From Fimbriimonadales bacterium (GTDB lineage: Bacteria; Armatimonadota; Fimbriimonadia; Fimbriimonadales; ATM1): DNA of 64,000 nt. The stretch's first letter is position 1. The number at the start of each line of letters is the position of its first letter. Of the stretch, positions 40,618 to 50,794 are shown piece after piece. Under the pieces are notes generated by a model. It was not told the DNA's origin. It searched no databases and was given only the letters and a program-made list of their open reading frames with translations. The stretch spans positions 1 to 64,000 of the forward strand of contig JBGTLG010000022.1 in assembly GCA_041744215.1 (NCBI GenBank). The letters are read 5' to 3'. Both the position numbers and the translations under genes were made by a program.

Positions 40618-40703
40618 GCCGAAGTGGCGGAATGGCAGACGCAGCGGTCTCAAAAACCGCCGGGGGCAACCCCGTGCGAGTTCGACTCTCGCCTTCGGCA
40701 CCA
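40618..40703 (+). tRNA. tRNA-Leu(CAA)
   Basis: Long variable arm, anticodon loop CTCAAAA, CCA. Confidence 0.96.
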
Positions 40704-40761
40704 ACCACTTAGACAAAAACGCTGAGCCCAACAATCGTCGGACCCAGCGCAAAAGCAAGCG

Positions 40762-41673
40762 TTACTTCACTTGGTAAACACGGACAAGGTTGTACTCGTT
40801 GATTGCAGCGAGAAGGGTGCTGCTGGAGTTCCATGCGATCCTCGAGCCGATCCATGACATGCCAGTCAACTTCACTTCCTGCTTGAGAGTACTCGCGTTC
40901 CACAACACGAGCGTGCTGTCGGAAGACGCGCTGGCAATCCACTTGCCGTTCGGACTGTAACGCACGAAGAGCACATAGTCGTCGTGGCCGTTGAGATACG
41001 AAACGCGGTTGCCCGTCTTCAAGTCCCAAACGGCGAGTCGCTTGTCACGCCCCGCGGAGACTGCGCGTGTGTAAGTCGAGTTGGCTGATGCGTCTTGCGC
41101 ACCACCGTAGTGCCCGCCGAATGTCTTCATCAGCTGACCATTCGATGCGTTGTAGATCGCCATCCCTTTGCCAAGCGTCGCGGCCACGATCTTCGTGCCG
41201 TCCGAGCTGTACTCTGCGCCGAAAACATTGATGCCTTCACCTTTGATCGACAGAATTGTCTTCCTCGCAGCTACATCCCAAACACGAACAGTATCGTCGT
41301 CCGATGTGCTCAGCAATCGCGTGCCGGCTTTGTTGAAAGCTAGATGATTGACAGCACGCTGATGCCCCGTCAGAGACACCTGTGCGCCGGACTTCAAGTC
41401 CCATAGCACGATCCGGCCATTCTCTGCGCCGCCCGCGATGCTGCCACCCTTTGGATTGTACGCGACAGATTGCAGAGGGAACGCGCGACCCTCTTGCGTC
41501 AAAGTCCTTTCGAGTTTCAATCCCGCTCCGTAAATGCGGAGTGTCATGTCGCCGTGGCCGACGGCTAATTGGTTTCCAGTCGGGGCAAACGCCATACAAT
41601 TGGCGTCAGGCCTGATTGTCCCGACAGACTGAAGTGAAACGGCCGCAAGGCCAATAGTAACGAGTGTCAACAT
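40762..41673 (-). CDS. Exported WD40-repeat protein
   Basis: Repeated GH...WD units. Confidence 0.92.
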   Translation of the reverse strand: MLTLVTIGLAAVSLQSVGTIRPDANCMAFAPTGNQLAVGHGDMTLRIYGAGLKLERTLTQEGRAFPLQSVAYNPKGGSIAGGAENGRIVLWDLKSGAQVSLTGHQRAVNHLAFNKAGTRLLSTSDDDTVRVWDVAARKTILSIKGEGINVFGAEYSSDGTKIVAATLGKGMAIYNASNGQLMKTFGGHYGGAQDASANSTYTRAVSAGRDKRLAVWDLKTGNRVSYLNGHDDYVLFVRYSPNGKWIASASSDSTLVLWNASTLKQEVKLTGMSWIGSRIAWNSSSTLLAAINEYNLVRVYQVK

Positions 41674-41736
41674 GTGTCAGATCCTCCTTGATCCAAGTAC
41701 GTCCATTTCGACGTTTCTGTGACGGTGAAGTGTCGG

Positions 41737-44400
41737 CTAATTTGCCACGATGTTGACGATCTTATCCGGTACGACTATGACTTTTCGCACCGTTTTGCCC
41801 TCAAGAAAAGGAAGGACTCGCTCGTGTTCAAGCGCGATTCCCTCAGCATCTTCAGGGCTTAGACCGGCGGGCGCATCGAAACTCGCTCTCATTTTTCCGT
41901 TCACCTGCACAACGAGAGTCACCGTTTGCTTTACGAGAAATCTAGGGTCACATTCTGGCCACTCTGCCTGATAGGTGAAGCCGTCGAAACCATACGACTC
42001 CCAGATCTCATCGGACGTGTGAGGTGCGATCGGCGCGAGAAGCAGGAGCAAAGTCTCTACAGCCTCAGACATCACCGAACGCGACTCCATCCGATCGTTA
42101 TCCGCATGCTTCGCGAAATCCGCTACTGAGTTTCGAAACTCCATCAGCGAAGACACAGCAGTGTTGAAAGCGAAAGTTTCGATATCGTCGGTGATCTTTC
42201 GTATCGCGAAGTGAGTCGCTTGTCGCAGACCAAGCTCCGACTCGCTGAGCGATGAACTCCGCAATGCCGCTCGCCAGTTCGGCTCAAAGTTTTCTCGGAA
42301 GTCATCCGTCAGTTTGAAAACGCGATTAAGAAAATTGATTGCGCCGCCGACCCGCTCGTCCGACCACTGAATCGTCGCGCTGAAAGGCGCCTCAAAAAGC
42401 TCATAAACGCGCAGCGCGTCCGCACCGTACTTATCGACTGCTTCGTCTGGAGTGACGACATTCCCCTTCGACTTGCTCATCTTCTCCCACCGCCAAAACA
42501 CTTGATCTTCCGGAAGCGATTGCGCTTCCTCATAAGTGATTTGAATCCCCTCTTCTCCAACCTTAATCGTCTCGTTAGACCTCGGCTCGCGAAATGGCGT
42601 CGGAGCGAGCAGCATTCCCTGATTGCGCAACACCGCAAACGGCTCTTTGCACGAAACCAACCCCTCGTCATAGAGCACCTTCGTCCAAAAACGGGCATAG
42701 AGCAAGTGCATAACTGCGTGCTCCGCGCCACCGACGTAGCAATCTACTGGCATCCAGTAGTCGGCCTTCTTCTTGTCCCATGCTTTCTCATCATTGTGCG
42801 GGTCGGCGAAGCGGAGGAAGTACCAAGATGAGCAAGCGAATCCGCCCATCGTGTCCGTCTCTCGCCTCGCGGGACGACCTTTCGAATCTGTTACATTGAG
42901 AAACTCGGGAATAGCAGCAAGCGGGCTTTCCCCAGTTTCTGTCGGTTCGTAGTGGTCGACATCCGGCAGCAAAACCGGCAGCTCGGCTTCTGGAACGAGC
43001 TCGATCTCGCCTGCTTCCGTGTGGATGACAGGAATCGGCGATCCCCAATAGCGCTGCCGGCTGATCAGCCAATCGCGCAGTCGGTAGTTAATCTTTCGTT
43101 CGCCTATGCCCTGAGATTCGACCCACTCGCCCATCCTCGATTGCGCTTCATCGCACGCGATCCCGGAGAAGTCGCCTGAAGAAACCAACACTCCAGCTTC
43201 GGACTCGAAAGGCAACTCGACTGCCGTCATGCTCTCCGGCGCGATGACTTGCCGAATCTCGAGTTCGTTCTTCAACGCAAACTCATGGTCACGCTCGTCG
43301 TGCCCAGGAACGGCCATGATCGCTCCCGTCCCGTATCCCATCAAAACGTAGTCCGCAATCCAAATGGGAACATGCTCGTTAGTAAAAGGATTCTTCGCGA
43401 ACGCGCCAGAGAAGATGCCAGTCTTGACACGTCCCGTCGCCAGCCGGTCTTGCTCCGACATTCGCTTGGCATTCTCGATGTAGTCCGCAACTTCTGCGTG
43501 TCGATGGACGGGAACGATCGAATCGATCAGCGGATGTTCTGGCGCAAGTACGCAAAACGTCGCCCCGTAAACGGTGTCGATTCGGGTCGTAAAAACGCGG
43601 AATGAACGCCCGTCTACCGGCATGTACTCGGTGTGAGTGACAATCGCATTCTCGTTGTGCTCCGTTTTGGGCGCACCCAATTCCATGCGCGAGACTTGCC
43701 ATTCGAACTCGACGCCCTCCGACCTGCCGATCCAGTTCCGCTGCATCTGCTTGATTCCTTCCGGCCAGTCCAGGTCCTCCAAGTCATCAAGCAATCGCTG
43801 CGCGTAAGCAGTGATCTTGAAGAACCACTGCTTGAGCATGCGCTTTTCGACACGCGTGCCGCAGCGCCAGCACAGCCCGCCTTCAACCTCTTCATTCGCC
43901 AAAACTGTTTTATCTTTCGGACACCAATTCGCTGGATACTCACCGTGATAAGCGAGCCCTTTGCGATACAGCAGCTGAAAAATCCACTGAGTCCACCGAT
44001 AGAACTCGGGCGACGAACTGTTGAGCTCGCGATGCCAATCGTAAGAGATGCCAACCAAATCCTCTTGACGCTTGTAGGTCTCCGCGTACTCCCGCACCAT
44101 CGGGGCAGGATGTGACTTCTTTGCGATGGCCTCATTCTCAGCGGGTAGACCAAACGCATCCCACCCCATCGGATGCAGCACATTGCGTCCCTGCATATGT
44201 TTCATCCGACACAGGACATCCGTCGGTATGTAATTCCTCAGGTGACCCACACTAAGCCCTGCGCCGCTTGGGTAAGGAAAGAAATCGAGGCCATAGAACT
44301 TCTGGCGATGCGGGTCTTCGCGCGTGCGAAACAAGTCGGCAGCTTTCCACCGCTTTCGCCATTTGGCTTCGAATTCCAGGGGCTCGTATCGAGAGGGCAT
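41737..44400 (-). CDS. leuS: Leucine--tRNA ligase
   Basis: PYPSG..SVGH, DWLISRQRYWG, KMSKS. Confidence 0.98.
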   Translation of the reverse strand: MPSRYEPLEFEAKWRKRWKAADLFRTREDPHRQKFYGLDFFPYPSGAGLSVGHLRNYIPTDVLCRMKHMQGRNVLHPMGWDAFGLPAENEAIAKKSHPAPMVREYAETYKRQEDLVGISYDWHRELNSSSPEFYRWTQWIFQLLYRKGLAYHGEYPANWCPKDKTVLANEEVEGGLCWRCGTRVEKRMLKQWFFKITAYAQRLLDDLEDLDWPEGIKQMQRNWIGRSEGVEFEWQVSRMELGAPKTEHNENAIVTHTEYMPVDGRSFRVFTTRIDTVYGATFCVLAPEHPLIDSIVPVHRHAEVADYIENAKRMSEQDRLATGRVKTGIFSGAFAKNPFTNEHVPIWIADYVLMGYGTGAIMAVPGHDERDHEFALKNELEIRQVIAPESMTAVELPFESEAGVLVSSGDFSGIACDEAQSRMGEWVESQGIGERKINYRLRDWLISRQRYWGSPIPVIHTEAGEIELVPEAELPVLLPDVDHYEPTETGESPLAAIPEFLNVTDSKGRPARRETDTMGGFACSSWYFLRFADPHNDEKAWDKKKADYWMPVDCYVGGAEHAVMHLLYARFWTKVLYDEGLVSCKEPFAVLRNQGMLLAPTPFREPRSNETIKVGEEGIQITYEEAQSLPEDQVFWRWEKMSKSKGNVVTPDEAVDKYGADALRVYELFEAPFSATIQWSDERVGGAINFLNRVFKLTDDFRENFEPNWRAALRSSSLSESELGLRQATHFAIRKITDDIETFAFNTAVSSLMEFRNSVADFAKHADNDRMESRSVMSEAVETLLLLLAPIAPHTSDEIWESYGFDGFTYQAEWPECDPRFLVKQTVTLVVQVNGKMRASFDAPAGLSPEDAEGIALEHERVLPFLEGKTVRKVIVVPDKIVNIVAN

Positions 44401-44574
44401 GAGAGGTGGCAATTATGGACGCTTGAGCCAAGAGCGCGGCGAATGAATCAGGTAAGTGACGGCCGCCGCTTGGATGAACCACCAGGAAACGCCAGCAATC
44501 CGATCGAATCCACGCTTGCAATCGTGGTTCCCCGGTATCCTCGAATCCTCACTCCCAAAAAATCGGTAACTCAT

Positions 44575-46137
44575 ATGCCCATGCAGCCGCAAGAAGAAAT
44601 CGAAGTCCACATACGCGCCAGCTACCCGATCCTCTACGTCGTCACCTGGGAAGAAGAGCGCGTCTCGAACGCGATCTCCGAAATCGCCGACAGGGTCAAG
44701 CGACCCCGCAGGTCGTGGTCGCTCACGCAAGGCCTCAAGCCATCAGGCATCGACTCAGGACTTGAAAACACGCGCCTTCCCGCAGAAATCCAGGTTCTCA
44801 CGCACATCCTCGGCGTAAAGGAACCCGCAATCTTCCAACTGAAAGACTTTCATGCATACATGAGCGACTCCCGCGTCATCAGACTCCTTCGCGATGCCGC
44901 AAGCAAGCTGCGCAGCAAAAACCAAACGATTGTCATTACCGCGCCAATTCTAAAACTTCCCCCAGAGCTCGAGAAAGATATCACCGTAGTCGAGTATCCG
45001 CTCCCTGACGTCAGCGAAATCGGAGAAGTCGTCGATGTCGCACTCGAGGCATGGAAAGGAAAGGACAGCGTCGATACAAACTTGTCGAAAGAAGATCGGG
45101 AACGCATCGTACAATCCTGCCTCGGCCTCACTCTCGACGAAATCGAATCGGTACTCGCTCGCAGCCTCGTCGAAAAGAAGAAGCTTGACGTAAACGTCAT
45201 CCTCGAACAAAAAAAGCAGATCGTTCGAAAGTCCGGCCTGCTCGAATACTATCCCCCGCAAGAGAGCATGAAAGACGTCGGTGGAATGGAATACCTCAAA
45301 GACTGGCTGAAAAAACGCGCGTCCAGCTTCACACAGAAAGCCCGCGATTTCGGTCTGCCTGCCCCGAAAGGCGTCCTCCTCCTCGGCGTCCAAGGCTGCG
45401 GCAAATCCCTGATCGCCAAAGCGATCGCCAACTCCTGGAACCTCCCCATGCTCCGAATGGACGTCGGCCGAATCTTCGGCAGCCTCGTCGGTCAAAGCGA
45501 AGAGAACATCCGCCGAGCAATCCGCGTCGCAGAGTCCGTCGCACCCTGCATCCTCTGGGCCGACGAACTCGAAAAAGGATTCGCCGGAACGCAAAGCAGC
45601 GGAGTAAGCGACGGAGGAACCACAGCGCGCGTTTTCGCAACATTCCTAACCTGGATGCAAGAGAAAACCAAACCAGTCTTCATGATCGCAACAGCAAACG
45701 ACGTCACAAAACTCCCACCAGAATTGCTCAGAAAAGGTCGCTTTGATGAAATCTTCTTTATCGATCTCCCAGACACAGAAGAAAGAAAAGAGATTTTCGC
45801 AATCCACCTAAACAAACGCAAACGCGACCCGAAAAACTACGATCTTGGTGCTTTGGCAAAAGCGACTGCGGGGTTCAGCGGCGCAGAAATCGAACAAGCG
45901 GTTATCGCAAGTTTGTTCTCTGCATTCGATGCAGGACGCGAACTCGCACAAGAAGACATGATGGACGAAGCGAAAAACGCGGTGCCGCTTAGCAGAATGA
46001 TGGAAGAAGATATTCAAGAACTTCGCGATTGGGCAAAACTCCGAGCGAGGCCCGCAGGACACAACGACGACGAGAATCCACGCACGCCTGTCTTGGTGGG
46101 CGATGAGGGACTTGAACCCCCGACATCCTCCTTGTAA
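44575..46137 (+). CDS. AAA+ ATPase, Ycf46-like
   Basis: GVQGCGKS, WADE, PPELLRKGRFDEIFF. Confidence 0.9.
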   Translation: MPMQPQEEIEVHIRASYPILYVVTWEEERVSNAISEIADRVKRPRRSWSLTQGLKPSGIDSGLENTRLPAEIQVLTHILGVKEPAIFQLKDFHAYMSDSRVIRLLRDAASKLRSKNQTIVITAPILKLPPELEKDITVVEYPLPDVSEIGEVVDVALEAWKGKDSVDTNLSKEDRERIVQSCLGLTLDEIESVLARSLVEKKKLDVNVILEQKKQIVRKSGLLEYYPPQESMKDVGGMEYLKDWLKKRASSFTQKARDFGLPAPKGVLLLGVQGCGKSLIAKAIANSWNLPMLRMDVGRIFGSLVGQSEENIRRAIRVAESVAPCILWADELEKGFAGTQSSGVSDGGTTARVFATFLTWMQEKTKPVFMIATANDVTKLPPELLRKGRFDEIFFIDLPDTEERKEIFAIHLNKRKRDPKNYDLGALAKATAGFSGAEIEQAVIASLFSAFDAGRELAQEDMMDEAKNAVPLSRMMEEDIQELRDWAKLRARPAGHNDDENPRTPVLVGDEGLEPPTSSL

Positions 46138-46168
46138 GGGAGGCGCTCTACCACTGAGCTAATCGCCC
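46094..46168 (-). tRNA. tRNA-Val(TAC)
   Basis: Cloverleaf, anticodon loop CTTACAA, CCA. Confidence 0.96.
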
Positions 46169-46181
46169 ACAAGCCGCAATT

Positions 46182-48131
46182 CTACCGCTCGTCGCTTGCC
46201 TGCCGAAACTCAGACGGATAAATCAGCCTGCCATCCGATCCCGTAAAGTAGATCGTCGTTGGCCCAATCGCCTGCTGGTTGCGTGTCAGTTTGACGAGAA
46301 ATCTTGTCCAATCCCTCGGCAAGAAGCTGAAAGAGTAAGGCTCCTCCGGCCGAGGCGCAGGCCGGTGCGTATCCTGATACCAATTCCGCTTTTCGCCATC
46401 GACCCAAACCACCTGCCCAACAGGCGAAGCAACAACCATCTTCACCATGTCATCCGTCTCAAAACGCGCTTCCGTAGCCAAGTAAATCACGCCGGGCGCA
46501 TTCACAAAAAACGCCTCGATATCAAAAACACAGCCGTCAAACAATCGACGCTCCCAACGCATCGGCAGCGCTGATCGGCCCGAAAAAACCTCATCCGCAT
46601 TCATCCCTCTTTCAGGAGCGTAAACTTTTTCGTAACCCTCTTGCTCGCGATTGTCAAAAGGTCCGACACTCCACCAAACTTGCGGACGCAAAATCGGCGC
46701 GCGAACTTCGCCTCCATCCATGCGCATCGAAACATAACCGTCATCGCCCGACGCAACCGCGGCGATGTTTGCAACGCCCATCGCCTCAACACGAATCCGC
46801 GAACCGCGATGCGAAACCGCAACGCCTTCAGATCCAGAAATCTCCGGAACAACTTCAACCGGCGTATCACCAGGATTCTCGATTCGAAAACCAATCGAAA
46901 GCGGCTGCCCAAAATCCGAAACCACGCCATCAGGAAAACGAAACCCCGCAACCAAATCTCCAATCGCTTGCAAAGAAAGCAGCATCGGTTGCCGATGCAG
47001 CCGCGCAATCGCATCCGTCGCGCGCAAAAACGAACGATCAACACTCGCCTCGACAGAAGGCGCGCCCTCGCCCCCCCCTACATCAGCGACCGACTCATCG
47101 CCCCCCTCCCCGCCAGCCAAACTCGAATCCGCAACAGTAGATCCCCCATCGGAAAAACCAGAACCCCCACCCGATGAACCACCGCCCTCACCAGCCAAAT
47201 CCCCACCCGAAGAACCCCCAACCGAAGACACAACAGCCAGCCCATCCAAAAACGCCCGACCAAGCCCCTCAAACCGCCCCACCAGCTTCTCCTCAAAACC
47301 CCCAGAATCCAAAACCCAATCCTCAGGCACAGCCCCCGCCCCCGCAGCCAAAACCGCCCCAGCGCACCCTCCCGCCGATACCGACCGGCCCCCGCAGCCC
47401 GCCGCCAAACAAACCGTCCGCCCAAAATCCCCGTCACCAAACAAACAACCGATCAGCGCAAAAGCGTGAGTCGCAACAGCCTCGTCCGGCAGCTTCCCGC
47501 CGTCCCACCGAAGCGCGATCTCCCGAGCCTCCTGCCACGTCCGGCCGTCCCCCCATGCCTTGATCATCGCCGGCGATACCTTCCTAAGCTCCGAATCCGC
47601 AGGCAAAACGCCCTCGCCAATCTGCAAACACTCCGAAATCGACCCCGCAAACGGCGCAGCCGCAGCAGCAGCCGCCCAAAAACAAGCCGCCCAAACCCCC
47701 TCGCCCGAATGGTCGATCGTCGCGTCGTGCCATGCCCATGCCGCCGCCAAATCCGGCCGCCCAGCGAAAAGCAATCCCCAAAAAGGCCCGCGCCCCATCG
47801 CCCCACCATCATAAGAAAATGGGTTCTCAAAACTCCCCGAAAGCGGCGCCCTTAGCCCCCGTGAAACGTTCCCCAAAGCAAACCGCTGCGCGTCCTCCTT
47901 TAGCGGAAGCTCGCCATAAAGATCGCAAAGCCCATACTGATCCTTCGCCTGACGCAGATAAACCCGCGCCGCCAAAAATGGAAGCGTCTCACTGACCCCG
48001 TCCGGTATCGGCGTGTAAAAGGCGATGTTTCGCCAATCCGGCTTCCCGTCAAATGGCGCACCCAGCGTCGTCCCCGCCAACCAACCCCGCGCCCCCGCAC
48101 GAACCTTCGCCGATACCTGATCATAGGACAT
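46182..48131 (-). CDS. ADP-ribosylglycohydrolase-family protein with Gly/Ser linker and C-terminal beta domains
   Basis: GWLAGTTLGAPF, DATIDH.GEG and GDGDFGRTV...GCG motifs. Confidence 0.7.
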   Translation of the reverse strand: MSYDQVSAKVRAGARGWLAGTTLGAPFDGKPDWRNIAFYTPIPDGVSETLPFLAARVYLRQAKDQYGLCDLYGELPLKEDAQRFALGNVSRGLRAPLSGSFENPFSYDGGAMGRGPFWGLLFAGRPDLAAAWAWHDATIDHSGEGVWAACFWAAAAAAAPFAGSISECLQIGEGVLPADSELRKVSPAMIKAWGDGRTWQEAREIALRWDGGKLPDEAVATHAFALIGCLFGDGDFGRTVCLAAGCGGRSVSAGGCAGAVLAAGAGAVPEDWVLDSGGFEEKLVGRFEGLGRAFLDGLAVVSSVGGSSGGDLAGEGGGSSGGGSGFSDGGSTVADSSLAGGEGGDESVADVGGGEGAPSVEASVDRSFLRATDAIARLHRQPMLLSLQAIGDLVAGFRFPDGVVSDFGQPLSIGFRIENPGDTPVEVVPEISGSEGVAVSHRGSRIRVEAMGVANIAAVASGDDGYVSMRMDGGEVRAPILRPQVWWSVGPFDNREQEGYEKVYAPERGMNADEVFSGRSALPMRWERRLFDGCVFDIEAFFVNAPGVIYLATEARFETDDMVKMVVASPVGQVVWVDGEKRNWYQDTHRPAPRPEEPYSFSFLPRDWTRFLVKLTRNQQAIGPTTIYFTGSDGRLIYPSEFRQASDER

Positions 48132-48189
48132 ACACGGATTCTACTGATCCTGAGAGGTCGCGGTTACGAATCCGATCCGATCTAGATCG

Positions 48190-50745
48190 CTAATGGGGGG
48201 TGGCCCGTTCATCTGCCGAGCCGTCATTTGGATAGGGAGGCATGTTTTCGATCACTCGACTTGCGTCGGCACGGGTGATCACGGTGTCGTATAGCCCAAT
48301 CCCCTCTCCCTCGTGCTTGTCAACTCCTGTGTAGCGCAGGCTCGAGTCCTCATACCGCTTGAACTTGTACACAGCGTCGTTCATCAAGGCGCTGTTGAAC
48401 AACCCCAGACTGACGAGTAGCTCAAAATCCTCGACGCTCAGCCCTGTCACCTTCCGAAAGAGACCAGGTTCTAGCTTGGTGATCACGTCGCGCAGCGTCC
48501 GCTCCCGGTAGTCGGTCATGTACATGAACACGGGAATCCGGGTCGCAAACTTGATCAGCTTCTCCTGAATCTCTTTGCGTTTCGACTTGGCTTCCTTCTC
48601 CTCCTCGCTCAGTTCCTTCTTGGTCTTCGGGTCGACGGTCTCGTCATTCGCCGCCTTCTTCGCTTTCTTCACAGCTTCGGACTTGTTTATGATTGTCTCG
48701 ATCTCCTGGTTCAAGCTGCGAAACCCCTCGATGTTCATCAATGCCTTCATGGCCGCCTCGTTGTCCATCAATCGTTTTAGGGTCTCGTTGTCCACGTTCA
48801 CAAGTAATGCGCTCTCCCATCGACGGGCGAGCAGCGTAGCGGTCGTCCCGCTCATCGCCATGTCCAGGATGCCTGCTGCGTCGATTTGCCTCATTGAACT
48901 CCCATCGTAGGCGAGGACGGGCAGAAAGTCGATGAACTCGGCGACCTTCTTCTCCGGACTCACCTTTTCGTCCACATTCAGCCGACAGGCGATCTCCGAA
49001 ATCTGCCGCAAGGCGCGGTCCGGAGCGAAGTCGAAAACGCAGCACTCCTCCTTGAGGATCACTTCCTCGTTGGGGCTCAATCCATCGGGATTCCAAACCG
49101 TCCAAGGCGACTGCACCCGAAACGCGGCCTGGAAGTAGGTTTCGGGGCTCGAGGAGTTCCGAAGCATGAGAATGCCTGTCCAGGGCCGCACGGTCACGCC
49201 CGTCGTCAGCTTGCCGCAGGTCAGCGTGATCGTCTTGGTCCTCAAAGGGTCGTCCATCTCGCGCAGGACGGGCTCGAGGGCCCGCACCCCCAGACCGGCT
49301 TCCGTGCCGGCGGCGACGATCACCTTGTAGTGGTGATAGTATCGGTTCCCCCGCTTCTTCAAGAGGTTGCTCATCGCGTGGCACGCGGCGACGCTCGGTA
49401 AGAACCACACAGTGTGCGACAACACCTCTAGGAGCCGCACGTCCGAGAAGGGCATCGGCGGCTTCTCAGCCCCGAGCTTTAGGTTGTCCACCGTCGCCGC
49501 CGCGAACGAGCCACGGATGAGGTCGAGCCACTTCTGGACCTCCTCCTCGTAGTTAAAGGTCGCCGTTGCTCCCCGCCCGCTCGCCGAGAAGAAAGCGTTG
49601 AGGTCGAATCCGTCGAACTCACCCCGCATCGCCACGTCTCTGATTTCATCGGGTAGTTGGTAGGTCATCAGCACCATGCGAGGCAGCGAGGCATAGGGGT
49701 TGTTTTCGCCCTTTCACTCTGACTTGGCCCGTTGCTCGTCAGTGTAGGTCCAGTTGAAGATCTGATCCTCGATGAACTCTCCCGACGCAATCGCCCGGAA
49801 CGGCGTCCCTGAAAGATATAGGTAAGCCCTGGTCGTGATCGGCATCAGTCCTTCGTCGAAGTACTCGATCCCTTCGCCTTCCTCGAATGCAAGCTGCCCC
49901 TGGTCTTCGCCTTCGAAGAGGTCTTTGGCGTTCTCTCGCCAGGCCCCATAGTGGTACTCGTCAAAGACCACCAAGTCCCAGTTGATCGCGTGCACCCACT
50001 CGTTCTGCGTCTTGATTCCGCCGGTGCTCGGGTTTCGGCCGAGGTAGTCCTGGAACGACCCGAAGCAGACGAACGGTTTGCTCTGGTCTGCATCCTCGTA
50101 GCTCAGCCCACCTCGGACGATGAACTGCCATCCCTCGAAGTCGGTGTGCGTCTTGATGTCTTCTTCCCACGCGCTCTGGACGGCGGGCTTGAAAGTAAGC
50201 ACCAGCACTCGCTTGAAGCCCATTTCTTGGGCGAGCTTGTAGGCCGCGAACGTCTTGCCAAACCTCATCTTCGCATTCCATAAGAAGTGAGGGGTCTTAT
50301 CGGGCCGCTCCGAGATTGCCCGATTGAAGTAGTCGGCCGTCATCTTGACCGCCCCGGCCTGTTCCGGCCGCATGGGGAACGACCGAGTTCGATTCTCCTC
50401 ATTCTCCTTACCATCCACCAGAGCCAAGATGGCGGCCCGCACGTCCTCGACGGAGCATCGGAACCACTCGCCTTCTGGGTTGAACGCTTCCTTCTTGCGC
50501 AGCACACGGTGCACGTCGCGGTCGCTAAAGGCACCGCCGTCGTTCCGCATCGCGGACTCCTCGAGCACAATCCGATAGGGCGGCTCGCCGGGCATCACGA
50601 TGCTATAGATCTGCTTGAGCCTGGCTTCCGCTCCGAGAGTCGTGTACCCGACCTTCAGCAGGCCCGCGTACTGGGGGTTCGTGTCCTCGTACGCATATAT
50701 CGTCGGAGTGGCGGCTGGACGGGGGGGGAAGAATTTCTCTGGCAT
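48190..50745 (-). pseudogene. GIY-YIG/T5orf172 nuclease + SF2 helicase restriction subunit, interrupted by an in-frame TGA at 49714-49716
   Basis: IYAY..LLKVGYT..EWF; MRFGKT, FDEYH and LSGTP helicase motifs; both ORFs share a frame and the 12 intervening codons are open. Confidence 0.8.
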
Positions 50746-50794
50746 GTGGTCTGCGAAGGTGCTATCTCAAGAGTAGCTCCGTACGGGTGACTTT

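Noticed and set aside
44173-44574. N-terminal extension of the AAA ATPase ORF
   Set aside because: Overlaps the leuS start on the opposite strand; family similarity begins near 44575.
46601-47995. Many overlapping Pro/Gln/Arg-rich ORFs
   Set aside because: Artefacts of T-poor skewed sequence that lacks stop codons; the ARH frame explains the region.
49714-49716. Selenocysteine or genome-wide TGA recoding
   Set aside because: TGA terminates many clear genes here (ndk, pyrB, pntAA), and the context suggests Trp rather than Cys.
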